A stretch of DNA of 64,000 nt from Coleofasciculus sp. B1-GNL1-01 (GCA_040220235.1 JAVJTO010000070.1); one strand, 5' to 3'; positions 53,395-63,827 are shown, numbered from the stretch's first letter. A program made the numbers and translations. The notes: generated by a model not told the origin, from the sequence alone.

Positions 53395-54471
53395 ATGCTG
53401 GTAACCACCCCATTAGACAAAAGTATCACAGTTAAACGCCTACTTAAACTGTGGGCAGCCCGTTATGTCCCTGACTTATCCACGCTTTCCTTAACCACTA
53501 ACAAATGTACAACGATTGAGTTAATGGAAGCCGCCTCTCGTCAAGGGCGAGAGAAAACGGCAACTAAACTCTCTCGACTGATAGAAATTCACTGTAAGTG
53601 TGCGGGTATTCGGACAAGTATTCTCTTCTCCTATATTCCCAACGTTGTCAACTTAACCGAATCCCAGGGTATCGCCACATCCTCAGCGCAGGTTTATGAG
53701 AAGGTTTTATCTGTCTATCGAAAACAGTCACCAAGTCCATCTTTAATGGAGGCGTTATCTGCAGCAGATACTGTGGATATTTCGACCGATTTATATAAAG
53801 TCTCGGTCATGCCCAAATTAGAACTACCCGAAGTTTCCTCCCTGGTTACAATTCTGACCCCAGAATTAATGCAATTTCAGTCCCAGCATTTATCTACCAA
53901 TAATCAGAATACGCTGGGATTTATGAGTACCCAGTTTCATCTCAGTTCCAAGGTGTTACTGAATCGGTTAAGCCTACCGGAACAGTTATTGCTCTCTCCT
54001 TACTTTAAATTTATTGAGGAGCAAGTCTGTATTCCCTGGCAACGGGTATGCACAGCGGCGGCTCAACATTCCCTGAATTCTCCTATACTAGCCTTAGTCG
54101 AGCAACTCATTCCCAAGAGTCAGGAAATTGCCACCAGGGTTTATCGCCAAGCATTAGAGCGATTCCCCAATTATCGCAGCCGTCGCGGGAAACTGGATCA
54201 TCCAGAAGTTAAAACTTCAAGTATTCGTGATGTCGAGATGTTTCAAGCCTATCTATGGGTTTGTGTATTGGAACAGAGTATGGCAGCAATGGAGAAAGAA
54301 CTCTATCCGTTATGTGAGATGGTTTATCCCAGTGTGAGTGTTAGTTGGGAACTGGTAGAAAAAATGGTTGGACTTTTGACAGAAAAAATTATCATTCGTC
54401 TAGACTCTGAGCAACAATCAATCATTCAGCCTTATACCACCGCGATGAATAAATTGTTTGCTTGTCGTTAA
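53395..54471 (+). CDS. Conserved cyanobacterial hypothetical helical protein
   Basis: AGGAG RBS; GFMSTQFH, YFKFIEEQ, SSIRDVEMFQAYLW. Confidence 0.75.
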   Translation: MLVTTPLDKSITVKRLLKLWAARYVPDLSTLSLTTNKCTTIELMEAASRQGREKTATKLSRLIEIHCKCAGIRTSILFSYIPNVVNLTESQGIATSSAQVYEKVLSVYRKQSPSPSLMEALSAADTVDISTDLYKVSVMPKLELPEVSSLVTILTPELMQFQSQHLSTNNQNTLGFMSTQFHLSSKVLLNRLSLPEQLLLSPYFKFIEEQVCIPWQRVCTAAAQHSLNSPILALVEQLIPKSQEIATRVYRQALERFPNYRSRRGKLDHPEVKTSSIRDVEMFQAYLWVCVLEQSMAAMEKELYPLCEMVYPSVSVSWELVEKMVGLLTEKIIIRLDSEQQSIIQPYTTAMNKLFACR

Positions 54472-54600
54472 AGGAAACGGGGAACCGCCGATTTCAATGG
54501 ACATCAGTTGAACCGGGAAGGTAGAGATCTAGGTTATGTCTCTACCTTCCTATCTGGCTTATCTCCTACAATAGAGACATTAGAGTTGGTGCAAGTCTCT

Positions 54601-55452
54601 ATGGAAACCATTATTGGCACAGTGTTCGGAATCATCCTGCTGGCGGGACTCAGCGGATTTAAGATTGATCGCGAATATGAACGCGGCGTCATCTTCCGCC
54701 TAGGACGGTTCAGCAATGTCAAAGGACCAGGTATGTACTGGATTTTACCGCTGATTGACCAAAAAGCTCAAGTCGATATCCGCACCAAAACGGTGGATAT
54801 TGCCCCCCAAGAAGCGGTAACGGCTGACAGCGTGACGATTAAAGTCAATGCGGTTTTATATTATCGCATCATTGATCCCTCGCGGGCAATTAATAAAGTC
54901 GAAAACTACGAAATCGCAGTTTATCAAGCCGCAATGACAACATTACGGAATGTCGTGGGACAAAATATCTTAGATGATGTCTTGCAAAACCGCGATAAAA
55001 TCAACCTGCGTGTGCAAGAAATTGTAGACGAAATCACCGAATCATGGGGAGTCGTGATTGAACGGGTAGAAATTAAAGATGTAGAAATTCCCACGAATAT
55101 GCAACGGGCAATGGCAAAAGAAGCCGAAGCCGTGCGGGAAAAACGGGCGCGTCTGATTAAGGCTTCCGCCGAACAAGAAGCGTCAATTAAGTTAGCTGAA
55201 GCATCGCAGAAGATTGTGGAAAATCCAGCCGCTTTGGAGTTACGGCGTTTACAAATGCTGACGGAAATCGGCGCGGAAAATAACACCACAACCTTGATTA
55301 TGATGCCATCAGATTTTATTACCTTAGCCAAGCAATGGACAGAGGTATTAGATCAGGGAAATAAGGTTGGGAGTAATGGGAGTGTTCAGGTTAAATCGTC
55401 GGATGAACCAATTCCCTTAGATTTGTCTTCCATTCCAGAGAATAACCCGTAG
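54601..55452 (+). CDS. SPFH/stomatin (slipin) family protein
   Basis: YERGVIFRLGR, TTLRNVVG and AMAKEAEA.RE.RA. Confidence 0.93.
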   Translation: METIIGTVFGIILLAGLSGFKIDREYERGVIFRLGRFSNVKGPGMYWILPLIDQKAQVDIRTKTVDIAPQEAVTADSVTIKVNAVLYYRIIDPSRAINKVENYEIAVYQAAMTTLRNVVGQNILDDVLQNRDKINLRVQEIVDEITESWGVVIERVEIKDVEIPTNMQRAMAKEAEAVREKRARLIKASAEQEASIKLAEASQKIVENPAALELRRLQMLTEIGAENNTTTLIMMPSDFITLAKQWTEVLDQGNKVGSNGSVQVKSSDEPIPLDLSSIPENNP

Positions 55453-55574
55453 TTCGTAGTAAGGGCTTTAGCCCTATCATCGTATTTTATCCAGGGATCA
55501 ACCTGACAATTAAATCGGGCGCACGTCGGTGCGCCCCTACGTTTTCTTGGTGTAATTATCATCCTCTCAAGTAG
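55452..55574 (+). repeat. REPIN-like direct repeat A
   Basis: GTTCGTAGTAAGGG...ATCCAGGGAT...GGGCGCACGTCGGTGCGCCCCTAC...; also at 56279 and 57191. Confidence 0.85.
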
Positions 55575-55623
55575 GAATTTACCTGATTCAGAATGGCACA
55601 TTTTTAGTAACGAGGATTCGATA

Positions 55624-56253
55624 ATGACCCATTCAAATCTTAATTCAGTTCTAGAAGATCTTGGGACGACCCAGATTGAAAAACAAGTTCCGGCGTTAGA
55701 ACAAGCTGTAGACATTGTTGATTCTATTGCTATCCAAGCCGTTGCTGCTTTAAGAACAAGTCCGAATCGCTTTCTAATTGCCGAACGCCTTAAACGTTTG
55801 GGTTCAGTGGTTGTGCCGCATCTAGAGAAACTATTCCAGGAATCGGATGATTCAGAAACTCAAATTCTGGCAGCACTTGTGCTACTGCAATTTAACTCAC
55901 GGGTAGGAGTACCGTGTCTGTTAGATGCCGTAACTCAGGATAAAGACTATGCTGGTTTAGTTGCTGAACATTTAGCTAAACTAGGAATTAAGGAAGCGAA
56001 TGAACCAATTCTTAATCGTCTCAGAAATTGCCATCTCAAAGAAGTGGATTTAGTGGTTAATCTTCTAGATGCCTTAACCCAACTCGGTGGTGTCTTACCC
56101 TCGGACTTGCAGCAACGGTTATCTGCGGCTGATGTGCCTTGGCAAATCCGTACAATGTACCAAAATAATTTGGTTACTCTCTCGAATCCTGAATCTCCAG
56201 ATTTGAATGATTCTCCGAAAGATCAGTTAACCTTGACCTTCAAGGCTTATTAA
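55624..56253 (+). CDS. HEAT-repeat-like helical protein
   Basis: AERLKRLGSVVVPHL...AALVL...GVPCLL...AEHLAKLG pattern. Confidence 0.65.
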   Translation: MTHSNLNSVLEDLGTTQIEKQVPALEQAVDIVDSIAIQAVAALRTSPNRFLIAERLKRLGSVVVPHLEKLFQESDDSETQILAALVLLQFNSRVGVPCLLDAVTQDKDYAGLVAEHLAKLGIKEANEPILNRLRNCHLKEVDLVVNLLDALTQLGGVLPSDLQQRLSAADVPWQIRTMYQNNLVTLSNPESPDLNDSPKDQLTLTFKAY

Positions 56254-56278
56254 TCAATCATTTTAGCTCCAATCTCAG

Positions 56279-56360
56279 AGTTCGTAGTAAGGGAACTTTA
56301 GCCCTATCATCGTATCATATCCAGGGATAGATTTTACAATTAAATCGGGCGCACGTCGGT
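56279..56360 (+). repeat. REPIN-like direct repeat B (truncated by another element end)
   Basis: Matches repeat A up to GCACGTCGGT, then continues CATTGGTGTCAACTTAAG. Confidence 0.8.
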
Positions 56361-56544
56361 CATTGGTGTCAACTTAAGGTGAAAGCAATACTGACAAGGT
56401 TTTAAGCTGTGTTTATCTACTCCTTGACATTTTCCCCCTCATCCCCTAACCCCTTCTCCCACGGTGGGGAGAAGGGGAACCCTCTCCCCCAGCCCCTCTC
56501 CCGTGCAAAAAAAGCGAAGCATCCTCTGTATTCCCCCTAAACCT

Positions 56545-57180
56545 ATGACGAAAACCCTAACAATTACTGAAGTCGTTACTTCGCTCAACGAAGCCGAATC
56601 GCGGTTCAATATTCGCCGAAATGATCATCTTGAGTTCTTTTCAGAATGGCAAGATTATCTTCCTGAACTCACCCAATCTGAACAGGACACCCTCAACCGG
56701 ATTAAAACGAGTTACCTCTACAATAGTGCTGATGGTTCAATGACCGAAGCGACCGTTAATTTACTCCTCGTTTCCCCACTATTGTACCTAGCCGGCTTTT
56801 GTGATCCGCCCTATAAACTTAAAGGAGAAAAATCAGTCGAATTTACGGTTGAAGAACGAGATGAAACCTATCGCGGACGCATTGACGCTCTCGTGTTAAA
56901 AAATCAATTTTGGCTAACCCTCATTGAATCCAAACAAACTAAATTTTCCTTTTCAGTCGCCATTCCCCAAGCCCTCGCCTACATGATGGCTAATCCTCAT
57001 CCCACACAACCGTCTTTTGGCTTAGTCACTAATGGGGATAACTTCCTTTTCCTTAAATTAATTCAAGAGCCTGTCGGCTACTATGATTTATCCACTGATT
57101 TTTCCATCTTTGCCCGTCCGCATAATGAACTATACAACGTTCTGCAAATTATGAAACAAATTGGCACGTTAATTACATGA
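56545..57180 (+). CDS. HsdR-N-like PD-(D/E)XK restriction-endonuclease-fold protein
   Basis: GRIDALV, IESK, AIPQALAYM and GLVTNG. Confidence 0.8.
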   Translation: MTKTLTITEVVTSLNEAESRFNIRRNDHLEFFSEWQDYLPELTQSEQDTLNRIKTSYLYNSADGSMTEATVNLLLVSPLLYLAGFCDPPYKLKGEKSVEFTVEERDETYRGRIDALVLKNQFWLTLIESKQTKFSFSVAIPQALAYMMANPHPTQPSFGLVTNGDNFLFLKLIQEPVGYYDLSTDFSIFARPHNELYNVLQIMKQIGTLIT

Positions 57181-57190
57181 ACAAACCCAG

Positions 57191-57500
57191 GTTCGTAGTA
57201 AGGGAACCTTAGCCCTATCATTGTATTTTATCCAGGGATAAACCTGACAGGTTTGTAGTAAAGGAACTTTAGCCTGATCATCGTATTTTATCCAGGGATA
57301 AGCTGTTCGGCATTTAAACCTTAATATCAATAATGGCGCAATCCTTGTAGTGCGTTTAGCGAAGCCATGCCGCAGGCTTTGCATCTTGCTCGCTACCAAT
57401 ATCCAATTTAAATGCATGACAGCTTAAACCTGACAATTCAATCGGGCGCACGTCGGTGCGCCCCTACGGTTTCTGGGTGTAATTCTCATCCTCTAAATAG
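57191..57500 (+). repeat. REPIN-like direct repeat C with an internal 60-bp duplication and a nested MITE
   Basis: 57191-57250 is repeated at 57251; the 3' part matches repeat A through ...CATCCTCT. Confidence 0.85.
57301..57424 (+). mobile_element. 124-bp MITE, copy 3, with TA duplication
   Basis: The empty site CAGGGA-TA-AACCTGAC is present at 57233-57248. Confidence 0.9.
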
Positions 57501-58559
57501 TTAAACGCAACGGATAATCTCAGCCGCAATATTGGGTAACGGAATCACCCTATCCGCTAACCCCGAATTTGCCACCATTCCTGGCATTCCCCAAACAACA
57601 CTGGTGGCTTCATCCTGCACCCAAACCTGACCCCCAACTTGGCGAATACATTCACAGCCTAAACGTCCATCTTGCCCCATTCCCGTTAAGATAATGGCTA
57701 AGGTATTTGCCCCATACAATTTAGCCACGGAACGAAATAACACATCAACAGCCGGACGACAGGAGTTTTCTGGCGCGTCTTGATGGGTGCGAAGTTGTAC
57801 ACCTTTACCATTTCTCTCGATAATCAGGTGATAGTCTCCTGGTGCTATCCACGCTAACCCTGGTTCTAATTGACCCGATGTATACCCCTCAACCACTTTA
57901 ATTTGGCATTTTTGCGCTAATCGTTCAGCTAAACGGGTGGTAAATACAGGCGGCATGTGCTGTACGATCACAATCGGTATGGGAAAATTAGCGGGAAACT
58001 GGGGTAAAATTGCCTCGAGTGCTTTGGGTCCTCCAGTTGATACGCCGATCGCTAAAATTTTAATCTGAGACTTTACATCAGAGACTGTATCCGTTTGATG
58101 CTGTGGAGATGTCGCTGGCAATGGTTCTACACCAGCTTTAACCGGAGTCGAGGGCGAATTGGCACAAAATGCCTTAATTTTGGGAACCAGGTGTTCCTGA
58201 ATATGTTCGACGGCTTCCTCTTTGCTTTTCGTTTGTGGCTTGGCGACATAATCCGTCGCCCCCAGAGACAGTGCATCCAACGTAGCCGCCGCCCCACGTT
58301 CGGTTAGGACACTATACATAATCACAGGTAACTGATGATCCTGCTGGCGAATTGCGGCTAATGTTTCCAAGCCATCCATTTCTGGCATGGCAACATCTAA
58401 TATCACCACATCTGGTTTTACTTGAGCCAGTTTAGCCAGGGCGATTTTACCATTCGCCGCGACACCGATGACGCAAAGGGCGGGATCAGCTTCGAGTACG
58501 TTACTAATCATGCGCCGCGCTAGCACCGAGTCATCAACAACAAGGATATTAATGGTCAT
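57501..58559 (-). CDS. cheB: Chemotaxis response regulator methylesterase
   Basis: REC domain plus the GVSTGGP, QHMPP and GMGQDG catalytic triad motifs. Confidence 0.95.
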   Translation of the reverse strand: MTINILVVDDSVLARRMISNVLEADPALCVIGVAANGKIALAKLAQVKPDVVILDVAMPEMDGLETLAAIRQQDHQLPVIMYSVLTERGAAATLDALSLGATDYVAKPQTKSKEEAVEHIQEHLVPKIKAFCANSPSTPVKAGVEPLPATSPQHQTDTVSDVKSQIKILAIGVSTGGPKALEAILPQFPANFPIPIVIVQHMPPVFTTRLAERLAQKCQIKVVEGYTSGQLEPGLAWIAPGDYHLIIERNGKGVQLRTHQDAPENSCRPAVDVLFRSVAKLYGANTLAIILTGMGQDGRLGCECIRQVGGQVWVQDEATSVVWGMPGMVANSGLADRVIPLPNIAAEIIRCV

Positions 58560-58614
58560 TTGTCATTTGTCATTTGTCATTTGTCATTCGTCATTTGTCA
58601 TTCGTCATTTGTCA
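58555..58614. repeat. Heptamer tandem repeat (TTTGTCA)
   Basis: About 8 units between the MCP gene and cheB. Confidence 0.9.
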
Positions 58615-58622
58615 AGAGTCCG

Positions 58623-60737
58623 TTAATATTTAAATTGCCCGACAAGTTGTTCAAGTTCATTCGCCGTTTTTGAGAGTTCTAGGGCTGAATTTTGAGTGTT
58701 GCTGGCACTTTGGGCGGTGTTTTGCGCCGCATCCGCGACACCTGTAATGTTGCGGGCAATTTCTTGAGAACCGAGGGAGACTTGGTTAATGTTACGGGCG
58801 ATTTCATTCGTCGTGGCGGTTTGTTCCTCCACCGCACTGGCAATCGTGGTCTGAAAATCGTTGATTTGATGAATAATGGTAGTAATCTGGGCGATCGCAT
58901 CCACGGAATGCTTGGTGTCTCCTTGTATGGCTTCGACTTTCTGGCTGATGTCTTCTGTGGCATTGGCGGTTTGTTTTGCCAATTCTTTCACTTCGTTGGC
59001 AACCACGGCAAATCCTTTCCCGGCTTCTCCGGCGCGGGCGGCTTCTATGGTGGCGTTGAGGGCGAGGAGGTTGGTTTGTTGGGCAATTGAAGTAATTAAC
59101 TTGACAATTTTGCCAATTTCTGTACTGCTTACCCCTAACTGGGCAATGGTTTGATTGGTGGTTTCAGCGGTGGTGACGGCGGAGGTGGCGACGGTGGTGG
59201 CTTCGGCGGCACTTTTGGCAATTTCTTTGATGCTGGCGTGCATTTGTTCCATACCAATGGCGACGGATTGGGTATTGGTACTCACTTGTTCAGCAGCGGT
59301 GGAAACGGTAGCGGCTTGAACGGAGGTTTCCTCGGCTGTCGCCCCCATGGTTTGGCTTTCTAGCGTCAGATGTTCGGAAGCATTACTGAGTGCGATCGCA
59401 ACTTGGGCAATTTGTTTAACTTGATCGGTCAGATTGCCTGCCATCAGGTTAACATTATCGGTTAATTCTTTCCATGTCCCGTCAACCCCTTCCACCACAG
59501 CTTGACCCCCAAGTTGTCCATTGATAACGTCTTGAGTTAATTGGGTGACTTCATGGGCAAAGGTATTGAGTTGATCCACCATCCTATTCAGCGTTGTTTT
59601 CAGGGCTAAAATTTCCCCCTTCGCCTCTACAGTAATTTTTTGGGACAAATCTCCCTGGGCGACAGCCGTAGAAACAGCGGCAATATTGCGGACTTGTTCG
59701 GTTAGATGTGCCGCCATAAAATTGACAGTCTGGGTTAAACTTAGCCAGCTACCGGATAAGTCGTCAACTGTGGCTTGTCCGCCCAATTTACCTTCAATAC
59801 CAACGTCTTGGCTGACTTGAGTGATCTCCGTGACAATTGTATGCAAGCGATCAACCATTTGGTTCAAGGTATCTTTTAAGGCTAAGATTTCTCCCTGTGC
59901 CTCAACGGTGATTTTTTCACTAAAATTCCCCTCACTAATCGCCGTAGCAACGGTGGTAATACTGCGTACCTGATCAGTGAGATTTTTTGCCATTAGATTT
60001 ACGTTATCGGTGAGTTCTTTCCAGATCCCGGAAACCCCTGGCACCTCAGCTTGTCCGCCCAGTTTTCCTTCAATGCCTACGTCACGGGCAACCTGGGTAA
60101 CTTCCACGGCAAAGGTATTCAATTGATCAACCATTTTATTCACCGTTGTACTAATCCGGCGAAAGAGCCCTTTTAAGGGTTTTCCTTCAATTTCTAAGGC
60201 AATTTTTTGGGATAAATCACCTTTAGCAACGGCATGGAGTACTCGGGCAATCTCAATCGTGGGGTTAACTAAGCTATTAATAATTTCATTAACGGTATCC
60301 ACATTAGTCCGCCATGATCCTTTAAGTTCTGGACGGGAATACTGCTTATTGACTTTACCCTCTTGGGCAACCATTTTGCCCATGCTAACTAGGTCAGTGG
60401 TAAAGGTTTGGTTAACCGTCACCATTTGATTAAAAATAGTCGCCAATTCTCCGAAGCCGTTATCAGCAGAAAGGCGAACAGAAAAGTCCCCATCTCTTAC
60501 CGCTGCCAGGGCGTTTTTAAGGTCTTGTAAGGATTGGGAACTGAGTTCAGTTTCTAGAGAGGGTTCGGATGGCGATGGTTCACTTGGCGGATCGACAGGA
60601 TCAGGGTCATTGGCTGATAAATGATTGGATTCAGTGGTAACCGTTTTTGCGGGTTCCTGATTTTCGACACCCTCCGGATCTTCAAAAAAAACAGCACGTC
60701 CAGGTTTACGGTTTTTGATGAGTTTGTTATTTGTCAT
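58623..60737 (-). CDS. Soluble poly-HAMP methyl-accepting chemotaxis protein
   Basis: Repeated [26 protein letters not shown] units; [31 protein letters not shown] hairpin; no TM segment. Confidence 0.92.
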   Translation of the reverse strand: MTNNKLIKNRKPGRAVFFEDPEGVENQEPAKTVTTESNHLSANDPDPVDPPSEPSPSEPSLETELSSQSLQDLKNALAAVRDGDFSVRLSADNGFGELATIFNQMVTVNQTFTTDLVSMGKMVAQEGKVNKQYSRPELKGSWRTNVDTVNEIINSLVNPTIEIARVLHAVAKGDLSQKIALEIEGKPLKGLFRRISTTVNKMVDQLNTFAVEVTQVARDVGIEGKLGGQAEVPGVSGIWKELTDNVNLMAKNLTDQVRSITTVATAISEGNFSEKITVEAQGEILALKDTLNQMVDRLHTIVTEITQVSQDVGIEGKLGGQATVDDLSGSWLSLTQTVNFMAAHLTEQVRNIAAVSTAVAQGDLSQKITVEAKGEILALKTTLNRMVDQLNTFAHEVTQLTQDVINGQLGGQAVVEGVDGTWKELTDNVNLMAGNLTDQVKQIAQVAIALSNASEHLTLESQTMGATAEETSVQAATVSTAAEQVSTNTQSVAIGMEQMHASIKEIAKSAAEATTVATSAVTTAETTNQTIAQLGVSSTEIGKIVKLITSIAQQTNLLALNATIEAARAGEAGKGFAVVANEVKELAKQTANATEDISQKVEAIQGDTKHSVDAIAQITTIIHQINDFQTTIASAVEEQTATTNEIARNINQVSLGSQEIARNITGVADAAQNTAQSASNTQNSALELSKTANELEQLVGQFKY

Positions 60738-60781
60738 TTGTCATTCGTTATTCGTCATTTGTCATTTGTCATTTGTCATTT
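60729..60781. repeat. Heptamer tandem repeat (TTTGTCA)
   Basis: About 7 units between cheC and the MCP gene. Confidence 0.85.
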
Positions 60782-60797
60782 GGGTATCCCTAGCCGA

Positions 60798-61397
60798 TTA
60801 AGCAACCGCCGCGATCGCGTTGAGTAATAACTGAAATGAATTGACATCAAAAAACAGGACAATATCACCCTTAACTTGGAGTTCTTCAATATCAAAATGA
60901 GTCTGTGCTAAAAGCACATGAGCCTCGTTGTAGCCCATTTTAAAGGACAGAATATGGTCAATATCTTCCTCTTCGTAGCAAGGAATCGCATAGTCCAGTT
61001 GTTGCTCCAGTATATTACTAATTGAACCCATAACGCCATTGAGGAGAATATTCCCAACTTCACTCAAGGTACTAATTTTTAGAGAATCCAGATCCGGACT
61101 TTCTACATCTTCACCCGTGAGAACTGAGACTAACATGGCGGCACTTTCCGTGGGAAAAATAAGCTGGGCATTTCCCGCGAATGAGCCACTAAACGGTAAC
61201 TTGACAGCAGAAAGTGGATCAGATCCTAAGCGTTTTTTTTGTTGGTTTTGCATCTCCAAAAGGGGTAATATTTCCACTTCTGGAATTTGCAACCGGATAT
61301 TATAGTCAATCATTTCGCTCAACATCCCTGCTGCCTGACCCACTCCAATATTAATTAACTCTTTCAAGGCATCTAATTGGTCATGAGTTAAGTCCAC
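60798..61397 (-). CDS. cheC: CheC-family phosphatase
   Basis: DALKELINIGVG and LSEVGNIL (E-x-x-N motifs). Confidence 0.85.
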   Translation of the reverse strand: MDLTHDQLDALKELINIGVGQAAGMLSEMIDYNIRLQIPEVEILPLLEMQNQQKKRLGSDPLSAVKLPFSGSFAGNAQLIFPTESAAMLVSVLTGEDVESPDLDSLKISTLSEVGNILLNGVMGSISNILEQQLDYAIPCYEEEDIDHILSFKMGYNEAHVLLAQTHFDIEELQVKGDIVLFFDVNSFQLLLNAIAAVA

Positions 61398-61409
61398 GCT
61401 GAGGTTCTC

Positions 61410-61778
61410 CTAGTTTGTTTTTATACTCAGGGCTTGGGTGACTGCCTCGATAATTTCTGGCGCTTTTGGGGGTTTTTTCAGCAGCATAAATGCACCTAAA
61501 CTTTCACAATGCTGACGCGCACTGTCCTGAATATCGGCAGTGAGGACAATAACCGGAATTTTTGAGCCGCGATCGCGTAATTCTTTGAGTAAACCAAATC
61601 CATCCATTTCTGGCATTAACAAGTCGGAAATAATACAATCGGGTGTCGTATTTGCCAGCAAATCCAGACATTCACGACCATTAGCCGCTTCTAGTGTTTC
61701 ATGTCCACTTTGTTGGATGGCTTTCTTGATCATCCGCCGAGAAAAGGCAGCGTCGTCTGTAATTAAAATTAATCCCAT
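61410..61778 (-). CDS. Single-domain CheY-like response regulator
   Basis: TDD, DLLMPEMDG, TAD and KP. Confidence 0.9.
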   Translation of the reverse strand: MGLILITDDAAFSRRMIKKAIQQSGHETLEAANGRECLDLLANTTPDCIISDLLMPEMDGFGLLKELRDRGSKIPVIVLTADIQDSARQHCESLGAFMLLKKPPKAPEIIEAVTQALSIKTN

Positions 61779-61824
61779 GATGGTCTAGTCCTTATTTACT
61801 GTTGATTGGATAACTTTAAGCGGA

Positions 61825-62931
61825 TCAACATGATCCAATTTTGGTTTTAGCTGGATTGCCATGGTTATTTAAACAGGTTGGGCAATCCAGTATATAGGTT
61901 TTCATTTGACCCTTTCCTTTTACATCAATTAAACCTCGTTCACGAAACAAATGTGGATTAGATAACTGCTGGTACGTCGCTTCGGTAATCTGAATACAGT
62001 TGGATACACCCTGTTGTTCCATCCGGCTGGCGGTATTAACGGTATCCCCCCACAGATCATAGCTAAACTTTTTAGTGCCAATCACACCCGCCACCACTGA
62101 ACCCGTATGAATACCAATTCTTAAACTGAGTGGATCTCCTGTTTTTTGCATTAGCTGGGTCATGGATTCCTGCATCGCCAGTGCCATTTCTAAACTGACA
62201 TCAGCATGGTCATCACGGGGAATAGGGAGTCCAGCGGCAACCATATACCCATCGCCAATAGTTTTAATTTTCTCTAAACCATACTGTTCAGTTAATTGAT
62301 CAAACTCCGAAAAAATGGCATTCAGTTTCACGACTAACTCTCTGGGGCTAACTTGGGCAGAAAGTTGAGTAAATCCTACCATATCCGCAAATAAAACGCT
62401 GACATTTTCAAAGTAATCCGCAATCACACCTTCTGACTGTTGCAGCCGTTGAGCAATGGGTTCCGGTAAGATATTCAGCAATAACCGTTCCGTTCGCTCT
62501 TGACTCTGAATCAGTTGGATATACAGTTGAGATTGTAGAATTAAGCGACGCACCCGTTGTAGCAGGACGGGCCAATGAATGGGTTTGGTTACATAGTCAA
62601 TGGCTCCGGCTTCAAAGGCTTGATTAACGGATTTTTTGTCCTCCAGGGCTGTAATCATTAGCACCGGAACTTGACTCATTTTTGGATTTTTTTTGAGTTG
62701 TTGACAGCAGGTAAAACCATCCATCAATGGCATCATCGCATCCAGTAAAATAATATCGGGAGACGTATGTTTACAGGTTCTGAGACAGTCTAAACCGTTG
62801 GATGCTTCCAGAATCTGATATCCTTCCTTTTCTATCACTCGTCGCATCAACAGTCGCTGAGTTTCTTCATCATCGACGATGAGGACTTGGGGGGACGGTT
62901 TTTGATTGTTATTGAAATCAGAAATCAGCAT
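61825..62931 (-). CDS. Response regulator-adenylate/guanylate cyclase
   Basis: REC domain plus FADMVGFT, KIKTIGDGYM and YDLWGDTVNTASRME. Confidence 0.93.
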   Translation of the reverse strand: MLISDFNNNQKPSPQVLIVDDEETQRLLMRRVIEKEGYQILEASNGLDCLRTCKHTSPDIILLDAMMPLMDGFTCCQQLKKNPKMSQVPVLMITALEDKKSVNQAFEAGAIDYVTKPIHWPVLLQRVRRLILQSQLYIQLIQSQERTERLLLNILPEPIAQRLQQSEGVIADYFENVSVLFADMVGFTQLSAQVSPRELVVKLNAIFSEFDQLTEQYGLEKIKTIGDGYMVAAGLPIPRDDHADVSLEMALAMQESMTQLMQKTGDPLSLRIGIHTGSVVAGVIGTKKFSYDLWGDTVNTASRMEQQGVSNCIQITEATYQQLSNPHLFRERGLIDVKGKGQMKTYILDCPTCLNNHGNPAKTKIGSC

Positions 62932-63586
62932 GGAATTATTGAGAAAGCTAAAGAGTTCGTCATTCGTCTTTTGTCATTTGTCCTTTGTAAGGGTTTGAGG
63001 TTTGTTGGCAAAACATTAGTACGGTTTTGTTTTATAGCAGTCGCCAAGGCGATTAGGACACAGCAAAATGCTGAAACCTTGACCAGTCAATCTTTTCCCT
63101 TCTGCCTTCTGCCCTCTGCCTTCTGCCTTTTGCTATATTTTGTCCAACTACTGATCACGCCAAACGCGAACGTTTAGCGATACCTTTTTGTACTTAGGTC
63201 TTACGCAAAGCCTCTATTCTTTAGGGTGGACTCTTGCGAAGTCGAATTTAGGGTGCAGATATGATGTACCTGCGTAAGGTACTGATAATGAAGAACCCTC
63301 GTTAGCCAATTTCTTCCATTCGTTACCAGAATGGAATGCACGGTTTATTCTTTGCCGATAGGGAATAAGAAAATGGTAGATTTAGACTGATACACGTAGA
63401 CGTTGACGCACCGCTTGTAAGGTTTGATGCACTCCCTGGATGAGTTAGCGATTCAGTCTATACCCTGTTTTTGCGCTTATGTTAAATTTTATCAAATTTT
63501 CTCTCTAGGTCAAAAGGTTGAGCCTACGCCAAATGTCGTAACTTTTCTAATAGATCTGTTCTAGACGAAAATTTTACCTCGCTGCA

Positions 63587-63823
63587 TCACCAATTTTCCT
63601 CAGATAACGTATGAGCTTGTAGCTGTACAAAAAGAGGATCAAGACTGCTGCTTTCATTGGCATAGACGGCATCTAACTGTTGAGTAATCTGATCCTGTTT
63701 ATGCGCTTGCAAGTAGTCTTGAAGTGCCACCGCATAAAGCTGACTCCGAGATAATCCCATGCGTTTTCCAAATTGTTCCGCTGCGTCAAAAAGCGGATCA
63801 GGAATTGAAATGGCTGTTTTCAT
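63587..63823 (-). CDS. RHH (ChpI/MazE-like) antitoxin
   Basis: MKTAISIPDPLF...GLSRSQLY..AL. Confidence 0.85.
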   Translation of the reverse strand: MKTAISIPDPLFDAAEQFGKRMGLSRSQLYAVALQDYLQAHKQDQITQQLDAVYANESSSLDPLFVQLQAHTLSEENW

Positions 63824-63827
63824 GATA

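Noticed and set aside
55452..57500. Classical integron attC array
   Set aside because: No intI gene and no clear RYYYAAC...GTTRRRY architecture; the repeats are REP-like, so they are reported only as cassette-like
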